Positions 61,061 to 64,000 of a stretch of 64,000 nucleotides of DNA are shown here, piece by piece. The stretch covers positions 2,418,001 through 2,482,000 of the forward strand of contig JASTWF010000034.1 of NCBI GenBank assembly GCA_030390025.1. The letters are read 5' to 3'. The stretch comes from Squalus acanthias. Its lineage: Eukaryota. Each line of letters opens with the position of its first letter. Positions within the stretch are counted from its first letter, which is position 1. A program made the position numbers and the translations under genes. Below the pieces are notes generated by a model. The model did no database searches and had not been told where the DNA came from. It saw only the letters and a list, made by a program, of their open reading frames with translations.

Positions 61061-62064
61061 TGCGGGAAGAGAGGCGAACTGTATTCTGTTCCTTTCCGCA
61101 CAGTATGATCCCAGCCACAGACGTATCCCTCACTGTGGAGAGAGTGAGAGAGGCAGAGACAGTGAGGGAGCAGATACGTAGAGAAGGAAAGAAATACTGG
61201 GGAAGAGTTTGACGTTTAGTAGGTGCTATAGTACAAACTGGGTAATTGTGAATCAACCACCCATTTTACACCGATGGAAATAAAACTCTGGAGAGATGCA
61301 GGGCAGGATCCCGGTTCATTACCGGAGACGGGGCTGATTGTACACCCTGTGTTCATGCCCAGTGAGACTGCACACCAGGAGCAGAGCCTGGTCAATGTGA
61401 CCCTGTGACACCTCGAGTGGGAGGGGCTCCGGCCGCTTTGCGACATCGTTCCTGGCTGCTGTGTGATGTCACCAGGAGACAGGGGCTCGCCCCTGGTTAC
61501 GGCCCATCAGTGGGATGTCAGTGTGGGAGGAGCTGGAGTGACAGCTGACACTGCGGGTGAGTTTAGTCCCAATAAACAGGGCAATTGACAGAAAAGAAAT
61601 ATTCAATATCAAAGATAGTAATTCAAACACACTGATTAATTGTAAAAATAATCAAATTGAATATATTTTTGGTCACAAAAATGCTCCCCCTGTATTCTGG
61701 GATTAATATGAATCATTTTTCTATTGACAGTCTCTGGGAGTGAGTAATATCTCAGGAAGGTGGAGAGAGAGAAGTCGAATCATCGCCTCACTGACTGGGA
61801 CTGGAGAAATGTCGCTGGTTTCACAGAGCAGATCTGGTGGGACCGAGAACCCCAGTGTCGGAGACGGGATAAAACGGGAAGCTTCAACAATGATTGGAAA
61901 GGTGAGGAACTTTACTGAGAATCCCATCAGTCCAGGATTTTGCTGAGGTGAGAGTCTAACCAGATACTGGGATTTGATCAACATCTGCCATCAGGCTCGG
62001 CTTTTGATGTGGCAAGTTGAGCGGAGCTTAACTCGGAGTTAAACCTTGCCCGTACCTCACCCGG

Positions 62065-62935
62065 GAGTGTTTGACACTTACATGTCGAGAGATCTTTATT
62101 CTGTATTCATCCCATGCTGTACCCGAGCTGGTTGTGCTTCATTGGGTAGTGTCAAGGGAGCTGTACGCTGCACATGCTGTATTAGAGGGAACTTTGCATG
62201 TCACGCGCGCTGTACCTGCTCTGCGAGTGTTTGAGTGGACAGTGTAAAGGGAGCTTTACTCTGTATCGATCTGTCTAACCGGTGCTATACCTGCCCTTGG
62301 ACTGTTTGATTGGGCATTGTAAAGGGAGCTTTATTCTGTATCTCTCTATCTAACCCGTGCTGTACCTGCTCTGCGAGTGTTTGAGTGGGCAGTGCAGAGG
62401 AAGGTTTAGTCTGTATCTCTCTATCCAAACCGTGCTGTACCTGCCCTTGGACTGTTTGTTTGGGCAGTGTAAAGGAAGCTTTATTCTGAATCTAACCCGT
62501 GCTATACCTGCCCTTGGACTGTTTGTTTGGGCAGTGTAAAGGGAGCTTTACTCTGAATCTAACCCGTGCTATACCTGCCCTTGGACTGTTTGATTGGGCA
62601 GTGTAAAGGGAGCTTTACTCTGTATCTCTCTATCTAACCGGTGCTATACCTGCCCTTGGACTATTTGATTGGGCATTGTAAAGGGAGCTTTACCATGTAT
62701 CTCTCTATCTAACCCGTGCAATACCTGCCCTTGGACTGTTTGATTAGGCAGTGTAAAGGGAGCTTTACTCTATATCTCTCTCTCTAACCCATACTGTACC
62801 TGCCCTTGGACTGTTTGATTGGACAGTGTAAAGGGAGCTTCACTCTGTATCTCTCTATCTAACCGGTGCTATAACTGCCCTTGGACTGTTTGATTGGGCA
62901 GTGTAAAGGGAGCTTTACTCTGTGTATAACTCATG
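62065..62935. repeat. 67/75-bp minisatellite (tgtaaagggagctttactctgtatct..aacccgtgctatacctgcccttggactgtttgattgggcag)n
   Basis: Direct tandem repetition; related fragments at ~1590, ~1817 and ~5930. Confidence 0.92.
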
Positions 62936-63032
62936 CTACATGCAGGAAGATTGTGACAAATGGAATTCAATCCGGAGAAGTGTGAGGTAATGCATTTGGG
63001 GAGGGCTAACAAGTCAACGGATCCTGCACTGA

Positions 63033-64000
63033 GGAACATAGGAAGAGGAGTCGGCCATTCAGCCCCTCGAGCCTGTTGCCCCATTCAATGCGATCATTGA
63101 CTGATCTGCGATCTAACTCCATAAACCCACCTTTGGCCCATATCCCTTAATACCTTTGGTTAACAAAAAGCAATAAATCTCCGATTTAAAATTAACAATT
63201 TATCTAGCATCAATTGACATTTGTGGAAGAGAGTTCCAAATTTCTACCACTTTGTGTGTCGAAGTGTTTCCTAATTTCACTCCTGAAAGGACTGCCTCTA
63301 ATTCTTAGACTGTGCCTCCAGTCCTAGTATCCCAACCAATGGAAATAGTTTCTCGCTATCTACTCTATCTGTTCCCTTTAATATCCTGAAAACTTCGCTC
63401 AGATAACCCCTTAACCTTCTAAATTCTAGGGAATAGTACCCTAATTTGTGTAATCTCTCCTCGTAACTTAACCCTTGAAGTCTGGGTATCATTCTGTTAA
63501 ACCTGCGCTGCACTCCTTCCAAGGCCAATATATCCTTCCTAAGGTGTGGTGCCCAGAACTGCTCACAGTGCTCCAGGTGTGGTCTAACCAGGGTTTTGTA
63601 TAGCTGCAGAATAACTTCTACCCCTTGTAATATAGTCCTTTAGATATAAAGACCAGCTTTCCATAAGCCTTTTTGATTATTTTCTGTACCTGTCCATGAC
63701 ATTTTAATGATCTATGTACCTGGACCTCCCAAGTCTCTTTGGACATCACTCTTTTTAGCTTTTCACCATTTAGAAAGTAACCTGTTCTATCCTTTTAGGG
63801 TCCAAAGTGTTTGACCTCACATTTGCTTACATTGAAATCCATTTGCCATAGTTTTGCCCATTCCCTTAATCTGTCAATATCCCTTTGTAATTTTATGGTT
63901 TCACCTACATTGCTTACAATGCTGCCTATCTTTGTGTCATCGGCAAATTTGGGTATATGACTTTCTATGACATCAGCTAAGTCATTAATAAATATTGTGA
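63033..64000 (-). mobile_element. CR1 LINE 3' portion
   Basis: ORF 63298-63528 (LEGVQRRFNRMIP..SLEFRRLRG); tail at ~63035. Confidence 0.9.

Overview
Repeat-dense vertebrate DNA, most likely from a shark or other cartilaginous fish (inferred from the CR1/L2 LINE, Deu-type SINE and GPR139-like receptor families present). Most of the window is nested CR1 and L2-group LINE fragments, SINEs, a Harbinger remnant, Penelope-type terminal repeats with hammerhead ribozymes, and mini/microsatellites. One host gene is recognisable: a two-exon, minus-strand GPR139-like class A GPCR (exon 1 at about 52 kb, exon 2 at about 23-25.7 kb) whose second exon is split by a 2-kb CR1 fragment. The standout is a young, intact 9.4-kb LTR element (11420-20853, minus strand). 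It has near-identical 1684-bp LTRs, a CTAT target-site duplication, a tRNA-Arg-type PBS and a PPT, but no pol. It encodes Gag, then past a single UGA-CUAG readthrough-type stop plus stem-loop an in-frame non-enzymatic ORF with Gag-like motifs where Pol should be, then an Env that looks like a class I (paramyxo/pneumo F-like) fusogen with an N-terminal Ig-like domain. A second, degraded LTR element with integrase and a short signal-peptide ORF lies at 1832-4493. All calls were made by eye and boundaries of old repeats are approximate.
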